From positions 159,340,001 to 159,404,000 of the forward strand of contig NC_042997.1 of the NCBI RefSeq assembly GCF_006345805.1: a stretch of DNA of 64,000 nucleotides, in the 5' to 3' direction. A program made the translations under genes and the position numbers. Below, piece by piece: positions 50,912 to 63,493 of this stretch. Under the pieces are notes generated by a model. That model was not told where the DNA came from. It made no database searches and saw only the letters and a list, made by a program, of their open reading frames with translations. Source of the DNA: Octopus sinensis. Lineage: Eukaryota. Within the stretch, counting starts at the first letter, position 1. Every line of letters begins with the position of its first letter.

Positions 50912-51152
50912 TCTCCCCTTTTAGTTTTTGCTTTTGGGGAAGCAAGTAATTTTATTTTATTTTATCGCCCCTCCCACCTCCCTTTGAGTTTTTTTTTTTT
51001 TTTCTACAACTTAATTTTTTCTTACATTGTTTACATTCGACGGATATTTGTCTTCATCTTGTTTGTTGTTAACGCAATGTTTTGGCTAATATACCCTCCT
51101 TCTTCAGCTGTCTTGGGGAAATTTCAAATCTGGGTTCTCATTCCTAAGGTTC

Positions 51153-51980
51153 TCATCCATACAATTCAGAATGGAAAAGGAAAAAGACAATCAGCTGGCA
51201 TTCCTGGACTTATTAATAACACGCACCAAGTATGGATTCATGACATCCGTATACCACAAGCCAAACTTTACTGGACGATACCTCAACTTCAATTCCCAAC
51301 ATCCATACAGTGTAAAGTGAGGGATTGCTCAATGCCTCAAACATCGTGCAAAGAATATAAGTAGCGATCATGATACACACCACGAAGAAATGATCAAGCT
51401 CAATAACGATCTGTTAAGCAACAACAAGTACCCCAAAAGTTCACTATCCACTCCAATTATGAAGAAGAGAGAGGATGAGGCAAATAAACTGTCCATAGTC
51501 TGTCTACCCTATGTGAAAGGCCTCTCCGAAAAGATACAAAAGATATGCAGCCCATATGACATCAGGACAGTATTCAAGAGTAATACAACACTTCACAAAT
51601 ATCTCCTTCGAGTAAAACCACCAACAGAAGAGAATATGACCAAAGACTGCATGTACTCCATCCCATGCAGCTGTGGTAGGTTATACAAAGGTGAAACATG
51701 TCGCCCCCTCAAAATAAGGGTAGACAAACCTCGCAAGGCTGTGACACAAGGAGATATTGATAAATCGGGTATAGCTGATCATGTGTGGAAAAATGGAGAC
51801 CACCTCCTCCTGTGGGATGAAGTTAAAATAATAGACAGAAAATACCACTGGAAAATACGAAAACTAAAAGAAGCAGCACATATGCTAGGATACAACAACC
51901 TCCTAAGCAGACCGAGTGCAGTTATGAGCAGCATATGGGAACCGGTATTAAGGAATGATAGGAGAATATTAGATTTATAA
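51153..51980 (+). pseudogene. Penelope-like RT C-terminus/thumb plus GIY-YIG endonuclease
   Basis: IQFRMEKEKDNQLAFLD, SVYHKPNFTGRYLNFNSQHP, LPYVKGLSE, MYSIPCSCGRLYKGETCRPL, SGIADH and RKLKEA in one frame, with TGA at 51318-51320. Confidence 0.9.
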
Positions 51981-52009
51981 GCCTTAAAATTCACTCCATA
52001 ATTGCCCAC

Positions 52010-52082
52010 GGGTATATGGCGTAGTAGTTAAGAGTGCGGGCTACTAACCCCAAGATTCCGAGTTTGATTCCAAGCAGTGACC
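52010..52082 (+). other. tRNA-derived Pol III promoter module (SINE-head-like) followed by (AAT)n
   Basis: A box TGGCGTAGTAG, 7-nt anticodon-like loop CTACTAA closed by GGG/CCC, B box GAGTTTGATTCC; acceptor stem is poor. Confidence 0.7.
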
Positions 52083-52186
52083 TGAACAATAATAATAATA
52101 ATAATGATAATAATAATAATAATAATAATAATAATAGTATTGAAAAATACCTTCGGAATGAGAACCCAGGTTCGAAATTGCCCCAA

Positions 52187-52232
52187 GACACCTGAAGAAG
52201 GCTGGAGGGTATATCAGCTGAAACATTGTGTT
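52187..52232 (+). ncRNA. Minimal type I hammerhead ribozyme-like motif in the pLTR (probably decayed)
   Basis: Stem I GACAC/GTGTT; core CTGAAGA+A; stem II GGCTGG/TCAGCT; GAAAC-ATT (one G>A from palindromic GAAACGTT). Confidence 0.65.
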
Positions 52233-54119
52233 AACAACAAACAAGATGAGGACAAATATCCATCGAATGCAATTAATGTACATAATTCCTCATCTCTTAA
52301 ATATAGAACTATAATTTTTTTTCTTTTTGGCATCTATTTTTAGGAACTCTGAGTTCTTCCTTTTTCTTCCACTTGTACACATAGTCAACCACCTGTAACA
52401 GTGTTGGTACCTGAAATGTATCATACAGCAATTCCATAGGTACTTATAATCTGTTTGGTTCATTTTCTATGAATCTCTTCTTTAATTGGTTTCTGTGTCT
52501 TTTTCCAGTACCTTTTAGCCATATATCAGTGCACCGTCTCATGTTGAATATGTTTATGTCTTGGTGTTTTTCCGTACCAAACTTTTTTTTTTTGTTTTCT
52601 TTTGTTGACCATAGTATATTTTTTTGTTTCAGTTCTTTGACTTCATTTGAGCCTTTGACCATCCCAACTACATTTTCCACAGAGACTGTTCTTTATCTCT
52701 TCTTTCATTATATTGAGAAACACTCATTCTTCAATAGTATCATTTAAGGTATGTGATGAGTAGTGTTAAATTATTGTGGTTTAAATATTACAATGATGAT
52801 GATAATGATAATTAATGGCTGTAGAAGCAACTGCATGGTTAAAAAGTTTACTTTGCAACCTTGTGTTTTAGGTTCAATCCTACTCCATAGTGTCTTCAGC
52901 AAGTGGTTTTTTGTAACAGCCTTCTACCATAGTTTTTTTCTACTATAGCTTTTAAGTACATCAAAGCCTTGCAAGTGAAATTTGGTACACAAAAATTGTT
53001 CAAAAGTCAAAATACCTTAGAAGCGATTGCTCCAGTTTTGGGGTAATAAACTAAGCTTAATGCCAACACCTGGCTCTTGAGTACTGTTAACCAACTCCAC
53101 TCTGTGGATTTGGTTATAAGTACTCAAGCAAGCATCCAAGCCAAGACTCTAGTCTGAAGGTAACTTCCTCCTACAATTCAGAGAGATCTTGAAAAGGAAC
53201 ATGGAAACTTTCCTTCCTCCCTTGACGGTAAGAGCCAGTCATCACTAGAAGCTGAGTATGGCTTGGTAACAAGTACCATGCTTTCATTAATTGTTTTAGG
53301 TGCTTCTACAACCATGAACAAACACAGACATGCTCTCATTTCTTCCACCCTTTAAACCCAACAGTGTATAACAGGTGTGACAGATGGATGGGGAGAGAGA
53401 GCTGCATAACCTTTCTCAAGGGCATATGTGCCGTCCAATTCAGGAAATGACTATGGCATTATGATTGTGAGCCAAACAACCTAACTACAAAGCCACTTTT
53501 TTTTTTATTTATGCACCCTTTTCAAGCCTAGCCAGGCCCATGAGCCCGGTTTCCCGGTTTCTGTGGCTTATGTGTTCCCCCCAGCTGGACGGGACGCCAG
53601 TCCATTGCAGCATTACTCAAGAAACAGGAAGAAAGAGTGAGAGAAATTTGGGACAAAAGAGTACAACAGGAGTCACCATCACCCCCTATAAATTAAATAT
53701 CATTGTTAGATAAAAGACAATATTAAAATCTTGATTAGCTAGAAGCATGTAAAATATTTAAGAATGTTTCCAAATGAAATTAGGTTTTATAACTAAATAA
53801 TATATTTGAAGATATTGCATGACGTGACAAAAAAGTTATAATCCTCGTGATATATGAGAAAGTATACCGGACAAATAGCATGCTGTCTTGTGATAGCATT
53901 CTATTTGCTTAAAGCTACTTACATCTGAGAAGAAAGTCTTATTGGTATTTCATGCTGAACATTGCAAATACTAATGTCAGCAACAAGAAAGTATTGTTTG
54001 AGAAAAAAAAAATAAATAAAATGCTTCAAATAATTTACTTTTATGTAATATACTTCAGATATTTAATCTGGTTTTAAGACTTTGTTTCTCTTTCTCTTCT
54101 TTCACTAACTGGATATTAA

Positions 54120-54432
54120 AATAGAGAGAGGTAGAACAGAGACGAGTAAAGAGAAGAGAAGAGACTCAGACAGACTGAGTTAGATATACGTAGAGAGAAG
54201 TGAGAGAGAGTGACAGAAAGAGAAAGCAAGGATCAGAGAGAGAGAAAGAGAGAGACACAGGCAGACTTTTAAATACACATTGAGAAAGGTGGGGGTAGAG
54301 TGAGAGAAACAGAAAGCAAGGGTATGAGAGAGAGAGAGGAAGATGGAAAGAGAGAGAAGTCTAGTGTGAGAGCATGAAAGAGAGAGAGAGAGAGAGAGAG
54401 AGAGTGCATGTGTGTGCGCGCACATGTGTGTG
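54120..54432. repeat. Degenerate (GA)n tract plus (TG)n
   Basis: Purine-rich dinucleotide mosaic. Confidence 0.8.
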
Positions 54433-55610
54433 TTTCACGAGTACTTTTTATATGATATTAGGTGACAAGTATTTCAAAGAATTTCCTCAGAAGCATTTAT
54501 AATAAATGATACCAACATACATAGCATGATAAGTGATACGAGAAATATTTCAAGTTTCTAAAGAAGAGAAAATTAATATTTCTGAATAGAACAGCATTTC
54601 ATAGAAAATTATTTGTAATGAATTGTTAAAGAAGAAAGAAAAACTTCCATTTAGAGACTACTCCACTATAGAATGTCTCCTGATAATAGCAGCTCATAAA
54701 TTGTTTGCATATGTAGTTGTCCGACTAAAATCTCTTTGATAGAAAAATCACCTTTCAATTAACCTTTATTGAGTTATTGATGTCAGTACAAAACATCTAT
54801 GATCAATGCGAACATTATCCTTAGTATATTACTGTTTACTAATGTTATATTCCTAAATTGGCCAACAAAAGAGTATATGGTCCAGTTACCTACATGTACA
54901 TACAAAATCATTTCTCTCACTCTCATTATATGTGTGTGTGTGTGCGCGCATGTGTGAGTGGTAAGAAGCTTGCTTCCTAACCACATGGTTCCAGGTTCAG
55001 TCTCACTGCATGGCACCTTCTGAGTGGATTTGTTATACAGAATCTCGAAGAAGCCCGTAATATATATATATATATTTATCTGTGTGTCTTTGTGCTCATG
55101 TTTGTGCCCCACCATTGCTTGGCAACTGGTGTTGGTGTGTTTACATCTCTATAACTTAGAGGTTTGACAAAAGATATCGATAGAATAAGTACTAGGTTTA
55201 GCAAAAAAAATTTAGTACTGGGGTTGATTCATTCGACTAAAAATTCAAGGCAGTGCCCCAGCATGGCCACAGTCTAATGACTGAAACACGTATAAGAAAA
55301 TAAAAGATATATATTATACACACACACCCCATTATTTTCTATCTACTTTCTGTGCTACAACTGAACAAGTTGTCATAACCTGAGCCAGTTCTTAACTGGA
55401 GCTTCAGCCCTCCAAGACAGATGAAAATACTGCATTTATCTTTTGCTTTTGTGAAACATAAATATTTCATTTTTGTTTTGTTTTCTATAGCCATATGTTT
55501 TTCCTATCACAGACCACTTTGCACAGTGTACTGGGTACGTTTTATGGCACCAGTACTCAAAAGATTGCCATATCACTAAGATGATTAAGAAAATGGTATT
55601 CTAAAACCTA

Positions 55611-55841
55611 GGCGGCGAGCTGGCAGAAACGTCAGCACGCCGGATGAAATACTTTGCGGTATTTCGTCTGTCGTTACGTTGTGAGTTCAAATTCCGCCAA
55701 GGTTGACTTTGCCTTTCATCCTTTCGGGGTCGATAAATTAAGTACCAGTTCCGCACTGGGGTCGATGTAATCGACTTAATACCTATGTCTGTCCTTGTTT
55801 GTCCCCTCTATGTTTAGCTCCTTGTGGGTAATAAAGAAATA
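55611..55841 (+). mobile_element. SINE family B, full length with 16-bp TSD
   Basis: TSD ggtattctaaa(a/c)ccta at 55595-55610 and 55842-55857. Confidence 0.92.
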
Positions 55842-56261
55842 GGTATTCTAAACCCTACATCATCACCATTCTTTTTGCCTGTTACTTTATAGATTGAACT
55901 GGGTGCATTTCATTGTGGTACCAGCATTACTCATAGGCACAAACTAAACAGTGGCCACAAGGCAATATGGACCCCTTAACTTTTTGTAAAACTGGTAAGA
56001 GATGTCGTCCTGAAACTTTCGAGAACCAATACAATGTTGGTAATGGATAAATGAATATATGGAGTCATTTAGATTAGTATCAAACCAATCACTTTTCTTC
56101 CCAAGATGCTAAGGTAAAATAGCAGAATGTTACTTATTAAATATTTCATTTTTGTATTTGGTTTGTAAGACTCTTGATATGAACTTATGTTGAAACAGAT
56201 TTAGTTGTATCTTGGGCGGGTCATTATGCCAATAATTTCACACAAATTCTATTTCACTTCT

Positions 56262-57097
56262 TTTATCATTATTATTATTATTTTATTATTTATTATTATT
56301 ATTATTTTATTCATTATTATTATTATTATTATTATATTCATATTCATTATTATTATTTTATATTATTATTATTATATTATTATTTTATTATTATTATTAT
56401 ATTATTATATTATTATTATTATATTCATTATTATATTATTATTATTATTATTATTATTATTTATTATTATTATTATTATTATATTCATTATTATATTATT
56501 ATTATTATTATTATTATTTTATATTATTATTATTTTATTCATTATTATTATTATTTTATTCATTATTATTATTATTTTATTTATTATTATTATTATTTTA
56601 TTTATTATTATTATTATTTTATTTATTATTATTATTTTATTTATTATAATTATTATTATTTTATTTATTATTATTATTATTATTTTATTTATTATTATTA
56701 TTATTATTATATTCATTATTATTATTATTATTTTCATCATCATCATCATCATCATCGTTTAACGTCCGTTTTCCGCGCTAGCACGGGTTGGACGGTTCGA
56801 CCGGGGTCTGGGAAGCCAGGGGCTGCACCAGGCTCCAGTCTGATCTGGCAGAGTTTCTACAGCTGGATGCCCTTCCTAACGCCAACCACTCCGCGAGTGT
56901 AGTGGGTGCTTTTTACGTGCCACCTGCACAGGTGCCAGGGGGTCCGGCATCGGCCACGATCGGTTGGAGCTTTTAACGTGCCACCGGCACGGAAGCCAGC
57001 TAAGGCGGATTATTATTATTTTATTTATTATTATTGTTATTATTATTATTTTATTCATTATTATTATTATTATTTTATTTATTATTATTATTATTAA
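56262..57097. repeat. Long (TTA)n microsatellite split by an RTE 3' fragment (56735-57008, minus)
   Basis: (TTA)n on both sides; the RTE terminus with (CAT)n tail lies in the middle. Confidence 0.92.
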
Positions 57098-58950
57098 TCA
57101 ATTTGCTAACATTTAACCAGTTAAGTAAAACATAGTTTGATTAATCATTTAGTCAATCAACCAATCAGGGTTTGTCAAAGCCCTTTCATCATTTAGTCAA
57201 TCAAACAGGGTTTGTTAAAGTCCTTTCATCACCATTCACAACCTCATCAATGACATGCCCTCCCAACCCTAAGTCAGTACAACTCCACAATTCATTTACA
57301 TAATGGTACAAGTTTGGCAACCTGATAATAGTTACTGGTGCCAATACAGTGTCATAAGCGTATTTCCTCTCATGCCTGGCACAGTTTACTTTACACTTTA
57401 ATAGAGTAACTGCTCCCATTATTTTATATCAACATCTTGGGAATTAGAGGTAAGTGATACTTTATGACCTGTAAAACATCAAAATCAGTCATTTTGATAC
57501 TCATTTCAAACTGCCAAAACAACCTTCCTAGCATAAGCTTCGGTGTCAGGCTAAATTTAGATGGATATTACTCTGTACTTTTTAGTTTGGAGAAGCAAGC
57601 TGATACAAGTATAAGTAACAAAATCACTGTTTCGCTAATATGTATGTTAAAGATATAAAGTAACAATGAACTGGAGTAATGGGAGATAAAATTTAGAAGA
57701 AACAATGTTTATACAATTCTTATCTAAATTTGATACTTGGGATTGTGCTTGAATAGATTAAAAAAACCTGTTTATAGGTGCAGGCATGGTTGCATAGTTA
57801 ATTAGCTCATTTTTGAATCATGTAACTTCCTTGCTGTGCAGCACCTTGGACAAGTGTCTTCTACTATAGCTCCAGACCACTCAATGACTTGTGAGTGAAT
57901 TGCAGAGATAGAAACTGGGAAGGCTAGTGTGTGTGTGTGTGTTCGCGTGTGTATGTGTGTGTATACGTGTGTATGTGTGTGTATGTGTGTGTGTGTGTGT
58001 TCCTGTCTGTGTCACACTCTCCAATCACTGCTTGACAACCAGTGTTGGTTTGTTTATATCCCCTTAATTCAGTGCTTCAGTAAATGAGACCAACAGCATA
58101 AATACCACACTTAAAAAAAAAAAAAAGGAAAACAAGTACCGGGATTGATTTGTTCAATTAAAACCTTCCAAAGCAGTGCCCCAGTATGGCCACAGCCCAA
58201 CGACTGAAACAAGTAGAAGATAAAAGAAATATAACAAAACCACCATAATAAAAGATACACTTTTAATTCTTTGCCAAAGACGTAGGAGTGATATATTGGC
58301 TGAAATGTCAAAATATGATTTCTCTCACTCTCTCTTTTTCTCTCACATATGAGATGATGTCAATGATGATGATGATGATGATGATAATGAAGAAAATGCA
58401 AATTGTCAATAGCAATCAACTACTTTTATGTCAGTGTATTTCATGTGGTGCACCGTTGTCTATTATTGCTCAATAGTAATAGAATATTAACTTTTTCATT
58501 ACCACATTCATATTAAAATATATGGCCTTTGTTTCAATTAATTTTGAAAATAATGAAGAACTTAGTAAAATAACTTTGTCATTATTAGTCAGGTGTTTAG
58601 AACATAAATTAACATAAAAAATTTAAACGTAAGGTTTTAAGTTGGATCACATAAAAACAGGGAGGAAATTTGTTTCGGAGAACAAAAGACAGGTTTAAGT
58701 GGATTCGTATCAAAAGCATTAACAAAGATTAAGACTAGTTAAAGAATGTCACAAGAGACAATATAAATCAATTTAAATTCCACTGTTGTCTCCTTGCTTT
58801 TCTTGTCATTGACTTCAAGACTAATTCTGCCTTTCCTAGAATTAGTCATTAAGTCAATGATACATTCTCATTACATATGTAATTTTAACTGAATAAAACA
58901 TCATGGGTCACTATAGGTATGTTTACACCCACTTTTACTATATATCACAT

Positions 58951-59281
58951 GAAGGCACATAGCTTAATGGTTTGAGTGGCGGGCCCACAATCATGAGGTA
59001 GTGAATTTGATTCCTGGACCGGGCTGTGTATTGTGTTCTTGAGCAAGACACTTTATTTCAGATTACTTCAATTCACTCAGCTGCAGAAATGAGTTGTGAC
59101 ATCACTGGGGTCAAGCTGTATCCACTTTTGCCTTTCCCTTGGATAACATTGGAGGTAAGGAGAGGAAAAGCTGGTATGCATGGGCAACTGCTGGTCTTCC
59201 ATAAACAACCTTGTCTGGACTTGTGCCTCAGAGGGGAACTTTGTAAGTGCAACCCCATGGGCATTCATGACCACAGGGGTT
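58951..59281 (+). mobile_element. SINE family C (near full length)
   Basis: GGCACATAGCTTAATGGTT..GAATTTGATTCC head; GTTCTTGAGCAAGACACTTTATTTCA..ATTCACTCAGCTG central domain. Confidence 0.78.
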
Positions 59282-60329
59282 CCATCTTCTATCTCAGACA
59301 GAGATCTTTTTTTCTGAGATTATTTTGATAAGATGTTATCCAGGCATAGCTGTGTCATTATGAAGTTCATTTTGCACCCATATGGTTTTGGGTTCAGTCC
59401 CACTGCACAGCACCAGGTCAATCAAAGTCTTGTGAATGAATTTGGTAGACAGAAATTGTGTGGAAGCCCATCAAATATATTTATATTTATTGGAGCCCAG
59501 CGCAGCCTCCTGGCTTCCCAGACCCTGGTCGAACCGTCAAACCCATGCTAGCATGGAAAATGGACGTTAAACGATGATGATGATGATGTATGCATGTATG
59601 TCTTTGTACCTGTGTTTATCCCCCAATATCAGTTGGAAACCAACAGTGGTTTGTTTATGTCTCATAACCTAGCAGTTCAGCAAAAGAGACCTGGAGAATG
59701 AAAATATTTAAAATAAGTACTAGGGTCAACTTGTTTGATAAAAAGTTCTATGAAGAATTTCCTTTCCCTAAAATATTAGAATTTCTGTCATTCTGGTATA
59801 TTGGCAATATCCATTTTTAATGTTAAGAAAACCATTTTGACCAATGTAAGAAGGAAGCCTCTACATAGTTATTTTACCTGCTAAAAATAACAGCCAAATT
59901 TCTCTCAAATCATACCTACTCTCTTTTTTTTAAAAAGAAAAGAAAATATATTGAATTATGTGGTCTAAGATAGATGCAGATTAAATTAAATGCTCTCGAT
60001 CATAGTTGTTATGTTTTTTTTTTCTCTGAGGATAAAAACTTTTATCAGATTGTAATATTTTCTATGAAACTAATATACTGAACTGAGGAAGAAAACTTCT
60101 TTCATTTCATTTTTTTTTTTTTTCTAATATATTTTTGAAGATATAAATTATCAAAACATAATACTCTTTTTTTTTATATAAAACTATATTTAGAAAAATA
60201 ATTGCTTTATAAAATTCCAAATATGCAATAACTTCAAGTGTGATAAGATATTTTTATACTATTCAATGTGTTCAAGCTTAATACACATGACTGGCATTAA
60301 AAAAGATTTCTGAAAGAGGTTTCACTAAC

Positions 60330-60350
60330 CTGAGATTATCTCAATGTAAC
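60330..60350 (-). CDS. Candidate 21-nt host microexon (phase 1-1, xYIEIIS)
   Basis: Minus strand ...ttgttttgttctgtgtataattgtattTGCgtcaaatggaatcttcAG|GTTACATTGAGATAATCTCAG|GTTAGT; ~90-nt AG-free zone upstream. Confidence 0.35.
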
Positions 60351-61052
60351 CTGAAGATTCCATTTGACGCAAATACAATTATACACAGAACAAAACAACA
60401 ATAACAAAACAAATGAGCAAATAAAGAAATTTTTGCAAGGTCACTAGATATCAGCTAAAATGAAAATAGCCACCAAATCTCCCTTAAAACTCACCCAACT
60501 ATTTTTAGCACTTGATACACACTCTCCTTTACCTTTACTTTTTTCAGTCATTAGCCAGCAGCTATGCAGCAATGCTTGAAGAATTTTTAGCCAACTGAAT
60601 CAATCTTAATACTGCTTTTTTAAGCCTGGTACTAATTATATCAGTCTCTTTTGCCAAACTACTAAGTTATAGGAATGTAAACACACCAACACTGGTTGTC
60701 AAATGGTGGTGTGGGACAAACAGACAAAAAGACACACACACACACACACACACACACATATGCATGCATGCATCCATACACCCTACATCCACAGATACAA
60801 TGAGCTTCTTTCAGTTTCTGTCCACCAAATTCACTCACAAGGTTGGCCCAAGGCTGTTGTAGAAGACACTTGCCCAAGACAAAAAAAATTAAAAAGTAAA
60901 AACAGACCACCTTAATCATAGATCTCCTCAAGAAGTGAAGAACTATAGCTAAACAATATAACAATAGTTGCTCCATGTGTTATTGTTGATGATGCTTGGA
61001 GCTGAATCAACTTTACTTCTTAAAATATAAAATAAGATTCTATATATGATCA

Positions 61053-61430
61053 TGGGCATTGCTGCGGAGTGAAGAAGTTTGCTTCCCAGCCACACATCTT
61101 AGACATGTGTCTTCCACTACAGCCCCAGGTCAAACAAAGATTTATGTATGGAACCGACAGAGAAACCGAAAGACATTTGTTGTACACTCGTGTGCACGTG
61201 TATGTTGACGTTGTATAGTAGTTATAAATGAATAATACCGTCACACAAGCCAAGTAAGCCATTTCCAATATTATGCAAAAATATGTCTAGCCAAAGGTAA
61301 ATATTACCTTTCTTAGCAACATATTAAGGCTGGCCATATGAAGGGTTTCTGGCCATAGAAAATCTGCCTCAATAAACTGTCTGACCCATACAAGCATGGA
61401 AAAGTGAACATTAAAATAACAATGTTGGTG
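61053..61430 (+). mobile_element. Degenerate SINE family E
   Basis: Family A-type head; tail CTGACCCATACAAGCATGGAAAAGTGAACATTAAA. Confidence 0.6.
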
Positions 61431-63264
61431 ATATAGTCACATGATCAATGTTTTCACCCTAAATATTGCTCCTCACTGTGAACAAATTTTTCTGATATTT
61501 AGAATATAGAAACTTTGGCTATCATTGTAAGAAAAGTTATACAAAGTGGGATACAGAAATACTATCATGAGAGGTTGTGGCATAAAGTGAATTCCTGAGA
61601 AAAAGACTACTCCAAATAAACCCAAATAAATTTATAATCCCTCCTTTTGAATTACTACAAGATTTCTGTTTCATGCAATCATTCCAGATTGATGAAGTGG
61701 CACTGTTCTGAAAAGGGGTAAATCTCCAGATAAAGAGGATATTTCTAGACCTGGATAGAACTGAGAAGTGGTGACATTGCTAAGATAAGCCCATACAAGG
61801 TATATGTAGTTGACAATAAGAGACCCATTACTCAACTAAACACAAAGTTAAAGATTTTGGTAAAGGTACTCACAAGAGATTAACTCTTCTTGTCAGTAGC
61901 AAAAGCTTGGTGGTTGGTGTAGATCAATGAGTGCATCTTTACCTTTCAGTTAAAAGACCCCTTTTTGGATATAGTCTAAGATGCTTTTGTGTGTAGCAAC
62001 AATACTACCAGGTCTTCTCCTTTACACCTTCCTTATACCTGTAACCATAAATTAACCCTTCAAACACATCTATACTTTGATGATGTCCCTGCCCCTAAAC
62101 ATTTCAACTTTCTTCTCATGACACACAAGGTTAGTTCACCATTAACATGATCATCAACATCATCATCTATTTAATATCTATCTTCCATGTTAGCTTAGGT
62201 TAAACAGTTTTGACAGAATCCAGTGAATAAAATGACTGTGATGAGCTGCAGTGTCTGTTTCAGCATGGTTTCTATGGTTGGATGCTCTTCCTGACACTGG
62301 TTTATTTTGTAAAATTTAGCAATATCTCATACTAGAGGTGTCGTTGATAAGACATGTTCTATTCAGATTATCCTAACTTTAGTCCAATCAATTCCTCCAA
62401 ACACATAAAAAAGAAAACTCCTTACAAACTAGTGACAAAGTTTTTATGAGGCTGCTCAACCTGCTAGAAATTGTAGCCAAAACTCCTTTATACTAAAACC
62501 TACTATCTTAAAAATTAACACATTGGATAATAAAAATGTAGTTCAAGAGAGACTGTCTGAGAGAAAATGAGATGTACAAAGCTGGAACGCCAAGTCAATC
62601 ACAGCTGGCCAGGAGTTAAACAAGATCATAGACCTAACTTTTTTTTCAGTCTCAAACCGTGAAGCCTGTTAAGTTTCATCAATTATACATATAACAAGAT
62701 TTCTGCAGTTTCAACTAATAGGTTTTGAATCTAGTGGTAGACACTTGCCTAAGGTGTTGTCTGTTGGATGGAAAAGGAGGGTTAAACTAATGAGTCCAAC
62801 ACTCATAGAAGATTGTTTTTCTGTACTATAAGAAAAAAAAAAAAAAAACAAGCAAGAAAATATGACTGCCATACTTAACACAGATTTTACTATGTTGATG
62901 TAAACAAGTTGTAAATCAGAAGATAGCTGTCATTGCAAAGACAGTAGGAGGGAAAACTGACAATTATGATGAATCAGGGAAATGGAAACTGTTGTATTAA
63001 AGAAGTAGTAGTAATGGTAGGATTATTGAAACATAAAGTGAGATTCATTGAAATAGTAAATAATTTATCAGGAAAGCTGATTATAAAATATAACACATAT
63101 TTCTTAGACTTTTTTTAAAAATTAATATAAAACAGAAATTGTAAGAATTTGAGTCATTTGAATTTGTGAGTCATTTAAAGATTTTCTGATCATTTAATGA
63201 CTATAACAAAAGATCAAGGCACTCAGCCATGTGATTGAGTAATTAGTTTGTAGTTGGTTGTAAG

Positions 63265-63493
63265 TTAACCCTTTCATTACCAACCCGGCTGAAACCGGCT
63301 CTGGCTTTGTAGTACAATTGTCTTGTTTTCATAAGTTTTGAATTAAAATCTTCCACCAAACCTTAGTCATAATTTATGTTCCTAACACTAGCTGAATGAT
63401 AACCAAGTTATTTTGCTAAATTCTTTATTATATTTAAAGTAATTGAAAGAAACACAAAGCATCTCAAAATAAATACAGTAACAAAAGGGTTGA
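63265..63493. mobile_element. piggyBac-like MITE, family 2 (reverse copy)
   Basis: TTAA-ccctttcattac ... gtaacaaaagggttga; reverse complement of 32301-32525. Confidence 0.8.

Larger units (their letters stand above)
51025..52310 (+). mobile_element. Penelope-like element: inverted 5' pLTR, truncated RT/GIY-YIG ORF, 3' pLTR
   Basis: 51025-51150 is the reverse complement of ~52149-52280; the ORF lies between them. Confidence 0.88.

Noticed and set aside
50858-51364. 168-aa ORF
   Set aside because: Spans an LTR end, a poly-T run, the inverted pLTR and an off-frame part of the Penelope RT; chimeric.
52010-52082. Functional tRNA gene
   Set aside because: Acceptor and T stems do not pair properly. 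SINE heads elsewhere in the window are likewise tRNA-derived, not tRNAs.
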